A stretch of DNA of 63,629 nucleotides, filler included, from Vezdaea acicularis (lineage: Eukaryota), in assembly GCA_026025075.1 (NCBI GenBank). It is 3 parts of 3 records of this genome, joined end to end, with 100 filler letters (N's around TTAATTAATTAA, not from the genome) between each part and the next. Parts side by side here need not be neighbours in the genome. Positions count along the whole stretch, not along the records: positions 25,014 to 49,694 come from JAPEUI010000181.1; positions 49,795 to 63,629 come from JAPEUI010000232.1; 1 more part is not named here. One strand, written 5' to 3'. The position numbers and the translations under genes were made by a program. Below the pieces are notes generated by a model. That model was not told the DNA's origin, searched no databases, and saw only the letters and a list, made by a program, of their open reading frames with translations. Each line of letters opens with the position of its first letter. The stretch's first letter is position 1. Positions 45,769 to 58,102 of the stretch are shown piece after piece.

Positions 45769-48618
45769 TTCTCTCTTTGACTTTCTCTCGCAACGACTGC
45801 TCGAACGAGGTCGACTTGGCGAAAGTCTTTCGTCTCCGAGTCATCCAGCGAGACGGTGCGGTGCATGGCCGTCTCACTCACTGCCTTACCGCCTGTGCCC
45901 GCCGGATCGCCTGGTCCCATCGCCCTATGCACAACAAAGTGAAAAAACATCATCACCCTCATGGGCATTCCCACCGTCCCCGCTCCGGGCGCCTCAACCC
46001 TCCGCGATTCGGTGCGCATTGCGCAGAGTGCATCAATTACTCATGATGATCGTGGATATGCAAATTGTGCGATCGAGTCCCCCAATGACACCGTCATCGA
46101 TCCCCTGGCACGGCTCAATTGGTGCGCGGACGAACCGATTGTCCATCCACCGGCCATGTCTCGCACGGTAATCCGGTAATGCGGTACGCAGTGGTCGAGT
46201 CGCGCATCGGTTTTGTAATCGCCGAGGGAAAGTCTAACGCGCTTCGGCAACTGCACCAATGATGACCCTCCTCGTCGGCGGTGGATTGCTCAGCAGCCGC
46301 GCGCGGAACCACACGGTGACTCCTTCCCCCCCATCTGCCCCGCCAAGGCTCGCGGCTGCCGATTGTGCCTTTGTGCCTTTTGTGCATGGCCCGCGGTGCG
46401 CGACGGACGGACGGACGAGTCGGACGGAGACAAAGAGAGATAATCGAGCCGGACCCCTGCAACCCCCCACCCCTGCACCGGCCTAAACATTCCCCCGCTC
46501 AGTCAGCGACGCTCGACCGAGTCACGCTCTGGCTCCGTCGCGTTCATTGCCGCAACAGGCAACCTTCTGCCTGCACCAGATTGCGTCGAAGGAAGAGTGC
46601 TGTCGGCCAATAATTGCACCGCAATGCGTCGTGTCCTTGTTGTCGGCGACCGTGGAGCCGTCGTCAGTTATGCTTGATTTTGGCATTTGCACCGCCAGGC
46701 TACACGCGGCGTTGGACCCCCGTGTTCGTTGGCGGGGGCAGAAATTTTTTTAGGGAGTGTGAGTCGCGGTCGCATTGCGTTTCAGGCATGCCTTGTCGGC
46801 TTCCAAACCTTCCAGAAGGAATCCACCCAGGCTTGCGTCACGCTCGCAAAAAGCCACCGTTGCATTCGTCTGCCGGACCAACACGATCGGTCGTCTTCTC
46901 CCTGCTGCATTCTCCGCCGGACGCCTCTGCACAGCTCGCTCAACCCTACGCGCACGCCCTTTGCGAGATCGCCTCAAGGGGGGGCTTACTCACTGGTCGT
47001 GCGGAAGGGGCAGCGCTCCATAATCACGAAGCGAGCAGCAGCATGCCTCTTTTGATCCTTCGGGCGCTGCCATGGCGAACTGCCGAATAGCCGTGTTCGA
47101 CATGATCGCAACCTGGCCTCAGTTCAGTCGAGCCCTGTGAATTGCTGCTCCTGGCAGGTCTATCATGCCTCCTTCGGGCCCCCCCAGGCGGTGTCGTGAA
47201 GCGGTGCATCTGCGTCGTCGAGGATTCCGATGTCGTTGTTTCGGCCTGCGACGGAGTCAAGCGGCGGTCTGAATCGCGTTCGTGGCTGCGTGGCACTGCG
47301 CCTCCGCTGCCTCCACGTCCGCAAAGGTTCAAGTACACGCGCGTTCGCTCACCGCGCCAAGCCACATCCTCCCTCCCTCCTGCTGCTCCCCGTGCTTGGA
47401 GAACCTTGGCGGCCAAAGCACTGCAAACCTGCTGCGTCGTCGCTCCTGTCCAGTCGTGTTCTTATTCGGCGACGGTTTCGCGTCGACCTGACGGAAAGGG
47501 CAATATCTTGCGTCTCTGTGACTCGACGATCCTCCTCCGTGCGATGTAGCAGCCAACCGACATAGCTCTCCCTAGTGTCTGCTTGGCTGTCAATTTTGAC
47601 TGCACTCAAATCACGGCTGTAGCAAATTCTCTCGCTATCGTCGTCATTGCCCTTTATCGCCATCAGCGCCGTCATTCCTGCTGAAGCTATTCTCAGATTA
47701 GGGCCGAGAGAAGGCCATTGTGGTCTTACGCCCAGCTTCGATGAGTCCTCTACTACAAATCCCATCCAATTGGTGACAGCTATCACGCCTTCCGCCAATG
47801 CCCTCCGCCAATGTCGCATTTTCTCCACCGGCTCCCGCGATCGGCAATCAGATAATGGACGAAGGGTCCTGTCAGCCGGCCATGTGCTGCAGCCCTATAT
47901 GTCAGCTGACGCTGCGGCCGTCAGCTTGAAGCCCATGCCCCCATGCCCCCTGCTTTCTTCTTCCTCGGCCGGACGCCGAACCTTGAGCTCACGGCCAATC
48001 AGGCGCCTCGGCGGGGCCCGCTTGCTACGCTAAGCTGATGGGCATTGGAGTCGGGAATTTCGGCCTCATATCAAATCAAAAGCTCCTTGGAACCTCCAGC
48101 TTGACAATGACAAAAGGTCTTTCTTCCCTGGGCAAAGTGAGCCGCAACTTCAGGATCGTTGCATTCATGCTTTGCAAGCTTTGACAAAATGGGCTTGGAG
48201 GAGCGATCGCAGCTGATTGGTTCCGTCGAATGCGGTTCCGAGCGAGCCAAGCCATCCTTCTCTTGGCAGCGGTACCGTGCTAGATGATGCGCTGCAGACC
48301 AGAACCCTACGAGCCGTAGACGTTGATATCTTAACCTGCTCTCGTCTATTGCATCACTACTTGTCCCACCTTCAGACCCACGGCCACACGTGCCTCCGTT
48401 CGTCCAACATCCGTGGATTAAACATATCAAATCGATCCGTTCGTATCGTTCGCGGGACAAGGGAACCCCTCCAAGCTTCCCACACTCCGCAGTCTGGCCG
48501 ATCATTCTTTATAGATCTAGCGGCCTTGGTCCAGTCCCGTGCCTCGCGTTGCTTGAACTGCTCCCCTTGGTTCCCCCGCATCTTTAAAAAGTACACCAGA
48601 TCCGTCCTATCGGCGAGG

Positions 48619-49694
48619 ATGCCAAGGTCGCCGTCACCAACCAATACCTCTCCCAGGTCCTCCGTCTCCAACCACAACCTCCACACACCATCACACTCGA
48701 CATCCAAAACATCTTCAATCTTTGAAGGGGCGTTGCCGGCTCATACCATCACCCGTCCCGGTCTGGAAGGTCATGGCCGGCGCATATCTGTCCAGTTCTC
48801 CTCACCGGGAATACATCTGCCTACAGGAAGCCCGAAGCACTTGCGCCCCAATGCAAAGAGGCGTCTGAGCTCCCCCCCACCCCCGGAGTGAGTGTTGGAT
48901 CTCCCACGTTCTGCAACTTTCACACATCCCATCTATTTCTTTTCCCCATGTTATCATTACGGTTACGTAGATGTTTATCTACCTTTTCTCGCTTATGGAA
49001 AAAGCCCGGCCTTACGACCCCGCCAAGTCGGTTTGATAGCATCTGGGCCAAGGCTATCGGGGCTCAGTCACTTGCGACAACCATCATGATCACGGCGCAA
49101 TATGCAATACTAAGGCGTGGATGAGCTTGCAAGCATCCTTCCATGTCCACCTTAAGATGGCGCTGACCTCATCTTCTCCTAGCACCTTTCAGAATCGAGT
49201 TTCCTTCGACACCTTCGACAACAAAGATGCCACCGACTTCTCTCTGACGCTCAATTGCAAGCATAAGGACTTTCAATATACACGGCGGTCTCGCATCTTT
49301 CTTTGCGGGCTGAACAAAGACGAGTACTCGGAATACGCCCTCGAGTGGCTGATCGACGAGCTGATTGAAGATGGAGACGAGATTGTATGCCTTCGGGTCG
49401 TTGAGGAGGGTTCGAAGATGGCGAGCGAGAACAGCAAGACCGAAGGGAGATATTCGCAGGAGGCGCGAAAGATGATGGACTGGGTGATTGAGAAGAACAC
49501 GGAGGAGAAAGCGATAAGCCTGGTGCTCGAGTTTGCGGTTGGGAAGGTGCAAGATATAATACAGCGCATGGTGAATGCCTCTTTTTTTTTCATTTACCAG
49601 ATACTTCTCCACATCGTCCCCTCCCTTCAGAAAGCCCTTCTAACGCAACCCCCCCCCCCCCTAGATCCAAGTCTACGAACCCGCCATCCTCATC
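48619..49694 (+). CDS. Universal stress protein (Usp) domain protein, 3' truncated by gap; introns 48888-49182 and about 49571-49664
   Basis: RVSFDTFDN, RRSRIFLCG...YSEYALEWLIDELIEDGDEIVCLRVV, SLVLEFAVGKV, spliced IQVYEPAILI running into Ns. Confidence 0.88.
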
Positions 49695-49794
49695 NNNNNN
49701 NNNNNNNNNNNNNNNNNNNNNNNNNNNNNNNNNNNNNNTTAATTAATTAANNNNNNNNNNNNNNNNNNNNNNNNNNNNNNNNNNNNNNNNNNNN
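49695..49794. other. Artificial scaffold gap: 44 N + TTAATTAATTAA + 44 N
   Basis: Same 100-nt six-frame stop linker as 24914-25013. Confidence 0.97.
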
Positions 49795-51106
49795 CATCTT
49801 GCAGGGTCTGCGGAATCGGAATCATTCCTGAATGCCGGATAGCCTTTCACTCAAGAATGTAGTTTCACGAAATCACATCACTTGCTCAATGTATAGCATA
49901 ATTACTACGTGTTGTGAACATGCTCTCTTGTGGATTTTTACCAACTCGAAAGCCTAACGAGATACAGTGGTGAATAGCAAGCTTCTCGATGTTATTCTAT
50001 GTTCGTACCGGGTCTACCCATTGCTAAGCCCCATAGTAAATATTGAAGGCCACTTTCCGAACCTGGCAAAGACCTCAAATGAGCAGTAAGAGATTTGGCA
50101 ACTCTATGATCTCTTAAATGTCCCTGTAATTTCCTATATAACTCTACTTTCCTTTAAGCGCTCTACCTCCCGCGTATATAGAATCCCCAGTCTCCTAAAT
50201 ACCTTCGCCCCGTTATTCACCTCAATCTTCTCACAACATATTTGAAATGCTATAAGCTTTGCCGTCGTCATACGTTATACATGTAAGTAATATCGCCGCA
50301 CTCTTAGGCAAGGGTTTTTCCTCTCGAGGTCGGGTGCTCTGACGACGTACATTTTCGGGAGCTCACTAAGTCTGTTTGAATTCTTGCCAGACCTTTTTAG
50401 ACCAGCGGTAATATGGGATTGCCGATGATATCGTAAGGTTGAGCTTTAATAAGCTCAATATCTCAAAAAACAAATTTAATAATTTCCCGAGCCAAGTGTA
50501 GGCACCAACGTATTATTGAACGTATAGATGGATGGATAAAATCGAAATAGGAACGAGAGCGAGCTTTATGAGATCCCCTGTTAGGAAGCCTCCTCGGATA
50601 AGAACCATTCCACTACGGAGACTGTTTTCTAAGCTACAGTAGTAAGCCTTACTGAAGTTAGGATAGTCATCGATAAGAAACCCCCTCCTGAGCGAATATG
50701 GAGAGCAATCAGGAGGACAGGTTGATACAGAGCCTACGGATGTGCTCATAGAAGGAGATTTGAAGGAAGCGCGGCAATGTGTCATTACTTCGAACAAAGA
50801 ATTGAGAAAAGGGCGTTCGGAAGAGAAAGATATCTTGCCCTAGAGCGAGCTAGAGCTAATCCACCACGGAGGGTCAGAGTCCATTTGGCGTATTTGTGCG
50901 GTTCGTTATTATTCTTGAATGTGGTGGATGGCCGATCAAAGCTTCGTAGATCCAGGAAATAGGAAAGACTTCAACATCAAGCGGGCTTATGAGTGGGCAT
51001 GATGCTGGCGCTTATAGCCGATATAGGAGCATATTACTCTGACGCTTGAGCGCAGCTCATATGTCTATATACAGAGGTTCACAGACCTAGATTTTGTATA
51101 TACGCT

Positions 51107-52923
51107 TCACTTCTCCCACGGTAGAGGGAACGTACCTACCCAATCCTCAACTTCTCTCCGTAGCTCTAGAATCTCCCTTTCGTCATCACCATTATCAAGA
51201 TATTCCAAGAATGCTTTTATACTTCCGGGGTTCTTTCGGCCCTTTGCCTCTGCGTCTTCTCTGGCCGTCTTGTCGATCCTCTGTGTAATACCAATAGCGC
51301 GATCGACAACCTCAGCAACACGCACGAAATCTTCTTGCTGGAAACCGCGCGTAGTCATCGCTGGAGTTCCCATCCTCAGCCCGCCTGGCTTCATGGCCGA
51401 TTTGTCTCCCGGGACTGTATTCTTATTACTGGCCACTCCAACGAGCTCAAGAACGCGCTCGACACGCGCACCATCAAGCTTTCGATCCTTGAGGTCCAAC
51501 AGTACAAGGTGATTGTCCGTACCACCAGCAACCAAAGTATAGCCACGGCCGCCTTTATCCTTTGGCTTCCCAAGGCGGTCCGCCAACGCCTTAGCATTTA
51601 AGAGCACCTTCTCTTGGTAATTTTTGAATTCTTGGCTCTGCGCTTGATGCAACGCTACTGCCAAAGCGGTGATTGTATGATTGTGTGGGCCACCTTGATG
51701 TCCTGGGAATACAGAAGCGTTGATAGGATTTTCAAGGTCGTAGAGCTCTTCTTTCTTTGTCTTTCCGTCGATACGACGGACCCCCTTTCGGAAAAATATC
51801 ATAGCCCCGCGAGGACCTCTGAGAGACTTGTGTGTAGTCGTCGTAACGATATCTGAGTATGCGAAAGGGGATGGGATCACCCCTGCGGCCACAAGCCCCG
51901 ATATATGAGCCATGTCGCTGAGAAGATATGCTCCAATGTTATGTGCAATTTTTTGCATCCTCTCGTACTCAATTAGTCTACTATAGGCCGAGGTGCCTGC
52001 TATTATGAGCTTCGGTCTGTACAACGCTGCCAATTTTTCCAAGCCGTCGTAGTCAATCAACCCAGTCGATTCATCTAGACGATATGGCAATGTCTCAAAG
52101 TACTTTGATATCGCAGATATTTTCTTCGTGGAAGTCTGATAACCGTGCGAGAGATGACCACCGTGGGGCAGATCGAGGCCCATGAGCCTATCATGAGAAC
52201 CAAGAACAGCCGAATAGGCGTAAAGGTTGGCCGGGCTTCCAGATAATGCTTTCAAGTGTAAGTATATGCGCCAAAATAGGAGCTTTTGGGGCTTAAATAC
52301 GCTGTACATTCACTCCCCATTCGTCCTCTCTAAGTCCAAACGTTTCTAGCGCTCTCTTTTGACATAGTCTCTCCGCCTCATCGATATGCTCATTTCCACC
52401 ATAGTATCTTGCACCAGGATACCCTTCCGAGTATTTATCTGAGGAAGCAATTGGTCAACAGCTTCTTCTCATCTATATAACACTATATGTAGATAGGACC
52501 CACTCTGCATTACGCTTCCCAAGGCATCAAGTACAGCCAGCGATGTAAAGTTCTCAGAGGGGATAAGATTGATGAAATGCTTTTGTCTTCGTTTTTCCTA
52601 TAGATAATTTCAGCCGCCAAGTGTGTGATTCCTGTTCCTCTTCAGGTTGCCGGACCTTTTGGAGAATTTCGAAGACTTCGTGGTCAGCATCTTCAAGCTT
52701 TGCACCAAGTAACTAGGACCCAATTCTTAGCCTCAGAACAGATGTAGACATCTGAGATAGTTTGGGGTACCTTGTTCTGATTATCTAGGGATAGGGTTGA
52801 GGAAGGTCGCAATGGCGTCATACGCAGTTTTCGGTCATGAGCGCCCTTCCTAGCCAAGCCCTTCCAACCGATACGGAACCCTACCAGCTGAGATGCTCGA
52901 CATGGTGAAGATAGAAGAGACAT
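51107..52923 (-). CDS. SHM1: Serine hydroxymethyltransferase, probably mitochondrial; 5 exons
   Basis: [43 protein letters not shown]-lysine motif [13 protein letters not shown]; Arg/Ser-rich N-terminal extension [13 protein letters not shown] suggests mitochondrial import. Confidence 0.95.
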
Positions 52924-53729
52924 GCTAACTTGCAAGACTTAGCTACGGGTAACCAAACCCCATCTTGTAGAAGTGTTGGGCACAAAAAGCGTCTAAATCC
53001 ATGTTTCGTTTAAACTCTAAACTCCATCAATATACTGACCTGCACACTATGTCCCTAATCGCTCACCGTATTGAGACGATCGAGCATTTCGCTTTGTTCC
53101 CAGTCTTTGATCTCTACACAACTAAATCCAAGATGAAGAGATGGCTTTTATGGCATTCACAGCTTTCACTAGACGCCTCTTGAGACGTTCACGTGGACGG
53201 TGCTGATATGTTCTGGGCTCAGCTCACCACCTTTGAGGAACAATTTGAAATCTACTGATTGGACTTTGTTGTGTTCGATATCTCAATCTTCTAGTAATCG
53301 TAGAAGAAATCCATAGCAGTCATCTAAAGATGATGAGTCAAAGCATTTGGGATTATCCTTCAGGATGCCTTTTGATTTCTGGACCAATATCTAGGGAAGA
53401 GACGCCGCTTCCGTTGAATAATTTTGACCTGATTGCTTTTGTTCGACTAACATGTAAGACCGAGTCTATGAGAATCCAGAGCTCATCCAGAGAATAGACG
53501 ATTCAAGCTAGTAGCCATGATCAATTAGAGATTTCGGTTATAGAATTCCATTGAGAACACCAAAATCAAAATTAATGCCTGTCCGAAAGCGCCGTCGAAT
53601 TGCCGCAGAGGCTTGACGATTGCTCTATGCATTCACGTCTGTGGTAGACTAAGACGGGATTCCACGAGTTACACCCAAACGCCAAAGATATCCACCCATA
53701 CAGCAAAGCATTCCTACAAGTACGGATTC

Positions 53730-56098
53730 CTATAGTAACTCTCCTTCTCCTTCCTCGCCGAACTCATCTTCCTCGTCCAACTCCATATCTTTCACCGCCT
53801 GTTCAGCCCTCTTTTGCACCTCCGTCAGTCCCGAAAGATCCTCGACGTATCCTTTCTCATTCAACGCCTTTTTTACAAATTCCCATCCATCTGCCCGATA
53901 AGCATCCACGATCTTGTCAGAGCACGCACTACAGCAGTCATAACTTCTTCCGTGTATCATCATATTTTGAAAGTTGGACAGATAGCCACGAATTTGGTGC
54001 GGTACAAGCCCCAGGGGATGTTCGCCCCTATCCCCGTCTTGCGACTTCGAAGCAGGCGCAGCCGCACCGAGGGGGTGTTGTAAGACTGAAACGAGGAGTT
54101 CTACAAGAAGTGCAGAGGCGATTGCGGCTATGCCAGGACGAGTAACCGTGCATTGCTGATCCAGCGTTTGATCCTTTATGGAATCTGCGGGCGCTACAAC
54201 ATCATTGCAAAAGTAGCACCCCAGCTCCCGATCTTTATGCTCAATGTTCTTTACGCCGTGTCTCATGACGACGAAGGTGTCAAATCCGAGGGCTGCATTC
54301 AAAACGATCTTGCGAGAGGCCTTACCCATGACTGTAGGAAGCCATCTGCTTTCTCGCGTATCCATAAGCAAGATAATTGCATCATGTTGTCCTACGAGTT
54401 CTTGTAATTTCTCAAAGTCGGCTTTAGTTTTTGGCTCATTCGTGACGGGATGGCCAGCCATAGGAACGGACATGCTATAACCAGTAGCATCTACGCCAGG
54501 ATATATCTCCTTAAGAGCAGCTGCCGCACGGGGAGCCTTCTTTGCGCCACCTTCCAGGCAGTCAACGAAGTTAAAGAGAGGCTGACGGACTGGGTTTGAA
54601 AAAGATACAGTGCCATTATCAACAAAAGTCACCTTTCGAACCCCCCAGCCCTACTAGCATTAGCGAAGATCAAAGGTTGCCTGAATTTCTTCTCACCAAG
54701 AGGTTTCTTGCTACATAGCTCCCGAGAGTACCTGCCCCCAGGAGCAGACATCTGGTGTTTTTGATCTTATCGAGATCCAGTTCTGGTGCAATCCGCCATT
54801 TCATTAGCTTAAGATTTAGGTCCACTGACTGGTCTGCAAGGCTAACATTTAAAGCACATTAGCATGGGCAGACTTCCCGAATTTCATAGATAACCAGCAC
54901 TCACCGTTGAGGATCCAGATATTCTGCCAGGTTCGCAATCTTACTCCCTAGCTTACCATCTTTATTGCGCTCCCACCCCGTCACCTTCGGCATATCCGAT
55001 ATCGCGACTTTACTCGACTGTGCAGTTGCCTCTTCTGCTCCGACGGGCACGTCAAGCTTCAAATTTAGAATTATGCTTCTCCCTTCATCTCTCCTAGGGT
55101 GTGTATCTCTATAACAAAGAACTTGTATCTTATCTAGCCGCCATCTGTGGCGTACCAAAACGAGCAGGTTTCGAAGCATCCATCCAGGGTTTTCCGGATA
55201 CGTTGAAGGATCTGCAAACGCGACATACCAATCTTCAGATGCTACGCCCTTGGTGAAACCATCTTCGAAGCTTGAAAGAGACGCCACCTGCCATTTGAAC
55301 TCCAGAATCGCGCCTGGGGTGGTAGGCGCATTCGAAGCTCCCGCGCCAACTTCTTCGGACTCCCGCTGCTCACCAGGCCCTTTGATACTCAAGACCTTTT
55401 TAGCCAGAAAGAAACCATGTTGGCGTGCGTCCACACCGTATCGCCATGTCTGTACTTGATCAACTAAGCTCGATGTCTCCTCTTTTGTAAGTCGCGATAT
55501 ACCGTTTCGTCCGTCTGATTCAGCTTTCTTCCAGGCCGGGTTGGAGTGTAAGGCTGGGAAAGCGAACCAATATGTGAATTTATACTTTTTAAGGTCTGCG
55601 AAGGATATGACGTAGAAAGAAGATAGCAAAGAAGGGCAAGAATAGATTGTCCCATCCGTGATTGCTTCCCAGATCTATGAATCTGCCTATTAGCCCAATT
55701 TCTACCAATCTTGACGCAAATCAAGACACACACCGTCCGTCCTGCGCGGTTCAAGGCAGCTGTCTTATCCATAGTCTTGTATTCCTCGACAGTGTTGACA
55801 TTTTTGATTATCCCTTCCGCACGGTAATGTCCGCTCGGGACTCTACAGTAGTGATCGAGGATTAGCTTTGCTTGGTTCTACGGTTTCTCTGAGCATGTAG
55901 CGCATACTCATCGTTTGTCAGGGCGTTTCCCAAGATCTGCATCCTGCAGCTCGCCCCAAGTGCATCATTTCGCCGAATCTCGTATAGCCCGAGTAGCTTT
56001 CGCGCGGAATCATCCAGCTTATCATGATTGATCTTGTGTGAGGCAAGCGACGTGTAAAACGGCAGCTCAATGTCTGATACAAAGGGTGCGAACTGCAT
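53730..56098 (-). CDS. ATG7: Autophagy E1-like enzyme; 5 exons
   Basis: [61 protein letters not shown], catalytic [10 protein letters not shown]. Confidence 0.97.
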
Positions 56099-56364
56099 CT
56101 TGGTCGCCAGGAGCTTCCTTGAGCCAGGTAGTAGTTATTGTACCTGTATATTAATTGAAGTTGCGGCGGCTTCGGTCTGCGGATGCGGGCACGTGGCGGG
56201 GTACTCGTCAGGAACCTGCGGTGGGGGCGAGACGCCAAATACGCCAGGCATGTCGCATCGTGTTCCCCTTTACACTACCATCACGAGTCCTTCTAAGCCG
56301 TTCGTGGGAACAGACCGAGTGTCACAACAGCCAACCTGTCAAGGAAAATGTATGGAGTCGAAGT

Positions 56365-57738
56365 ATGTTGATTGGTCTTTGCGGAGGTGAAGCTCTCTTA
56401 TACGTATAAGTAACTACCAGCTAACGGCTTTCAAAGGTATATGCGCCGGGAAGCATTCCGTGGCCAAATTTCTAGTTGATAGATATGGGTTCAAGCAAAT
56501 TTATATAGCTCAAACCGGTTCTGCGTCTAGAAACGCCACTTTTACATTTGACGTCAATAACAAGGGAACAGACGCATCATATTTCTCTGACGCTGAAGCC
56601 CTCATTGATTTTGTAACCAAGCGTTGGCAAGAGCGTTGGGTCACTACCGATGTTTGGGATGAAGCTATCCTCGAGGTTCTCCGACGAAGACCTTTTTTCA
56701 TCCTGGTGAGTGTTGACGCGCCTGTCAGTCTGCGGTGGAGGCGCTTTAAGCAAAGGTACCATTTCACGTTTTTCCTTCTGGATGGCGGCTCAAAGCGTTA
56801 TAGATGCGAAGATAATAAGGAGGAGTCCCCTTCCTTGGAAGATTTCGTACTACGCAACGATGATCATCTTTATCACCCTTGCTCAGGTCTCGCACGATTG
56901 ATTGATCATGCTGAAGTCAGATTGGTCAACACGAACTCATCGCTGGAATCGTTAAATATCTCTTTAAACATCCTTGATTTAGCGAACGAGCAACGTTTAC
57001 GACCAAGCTGGGATCAGTATTTTATGCAGCTTGCTTCGTTTGCGGCTCAGAGGAGTAATTGTATGAAAAGGCGCGTCGGCTGCGTCTTAATAAGGGAGAG
57101 GAGGATTATCAGCACCGGCTACAATGGGACCCCAAGAGGGATCAGAAATTGCAATGAGGGAGGATGTGAGTCAAGACCACACTTGATCAGGGTAACGTAT
57201 TCGTTAACCCATGATAAGGTCCAAGATGTAATGACGGACATGGATCCGGTGTTGGTCTTACGACTTGTCTCTGCATTCATGCAGAGGAGAATGCTCTGCT
57301 CGAAGCTGGGCGGGAGCGGATTCAGGACGGTGCAACATTGTATTGCGATACGTAGGTACCATCGATCAGTACAAACGCTGCCGCTGACACTTCGAGCAAC
57401 GCAAAGTTGCCCGTGCTTGACTTGTAGTATCAAGATTGCGCAGGTCGGAATATCCGAGGTTGTATACAATCAAGGCTACAGTATGGATACTGAGGTTAGC
57501 AAGCTACTCATCTCAGCCTTGGGAGTTATTCGACTCACACTTGTAGACAGCAGCTGTTTTCAAAGAAAGTGGAGTTCGTCTGCGACAATTTGTACCCGTT
57601 CGTGCTCCCATAGATGCCTACGTTTTAATACCTAGCTGACCCATCTTCCCCTAGCCACGGAATGGGCTTGTAGATCTAGCGAACGGAATGTTTTCTGATA
57701 GCAGTCGCTTCAATCTGGCGATGAATCACAAGTCATGA
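56365..57738 (+). CDS. DCD1: dCMP deaminase with N-terminal P-loop-like domain; about 7 exons (first intron 56387-56436)
   Basis: MLIGLCGGICAGK, RPSWDQYFM, RSNCMKRRVG, STGYNGTPRG, spliced CLCIHAEENA and CPCLTC zinc motifs. Confidence 0.94.
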
Positions 57739-58032
57739 TTGAATAGTCAGCTTAGCAAACATAGCAATGCCATAGTGGGTAGCAACGTAGATAGGCTAAA
57801 GCACCCCACCACTAGCGCGGGGCCTAATGATAAATGGCGGGTTCGGGAAGTGGTTCCCAACGAACGCCTTGGCGGGATACCAAACAATCGTCGCAACTAA
57901 GAAATAAAGTCGCTGCGTTTTCTTTTACCCTCATGCCTAATTGTAGTCTTGCCCACGCACAACTGACCTTATGATAAACTCATTGTTACCAGGATCGCAG
58001 GAGAGAAGAATGCAGGAACCTAAAATCTAGCA

Positions 58033-58040
58033 ATGACTCA
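58033..58040. promoter_or_regulatory. Gcn4/CpcA response element (ATGACTCA) upstream of HIS7
   Basis: Near-optimal site about 63 bp upstream of the ATG; fungal HIS7/hisHF genes are established cross-pathway control targets. Confidence 0.7.
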
Positions 58041-58102
58041 GGCGCCTATGAGTATGCTAAAAACATTTGTCAGGCCAGAACTTTAAGCCCCTACTTGCGA
58101 CG

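Noticed and set aside
53330..53432. ATGATGA...CTGA pair between SHM1 and ATG7 as a C/D snoRNA
   Set aside because: No terminal stem or contiguous rRNA-complementary guide; the first motif overlaps a TGAGTCA site.
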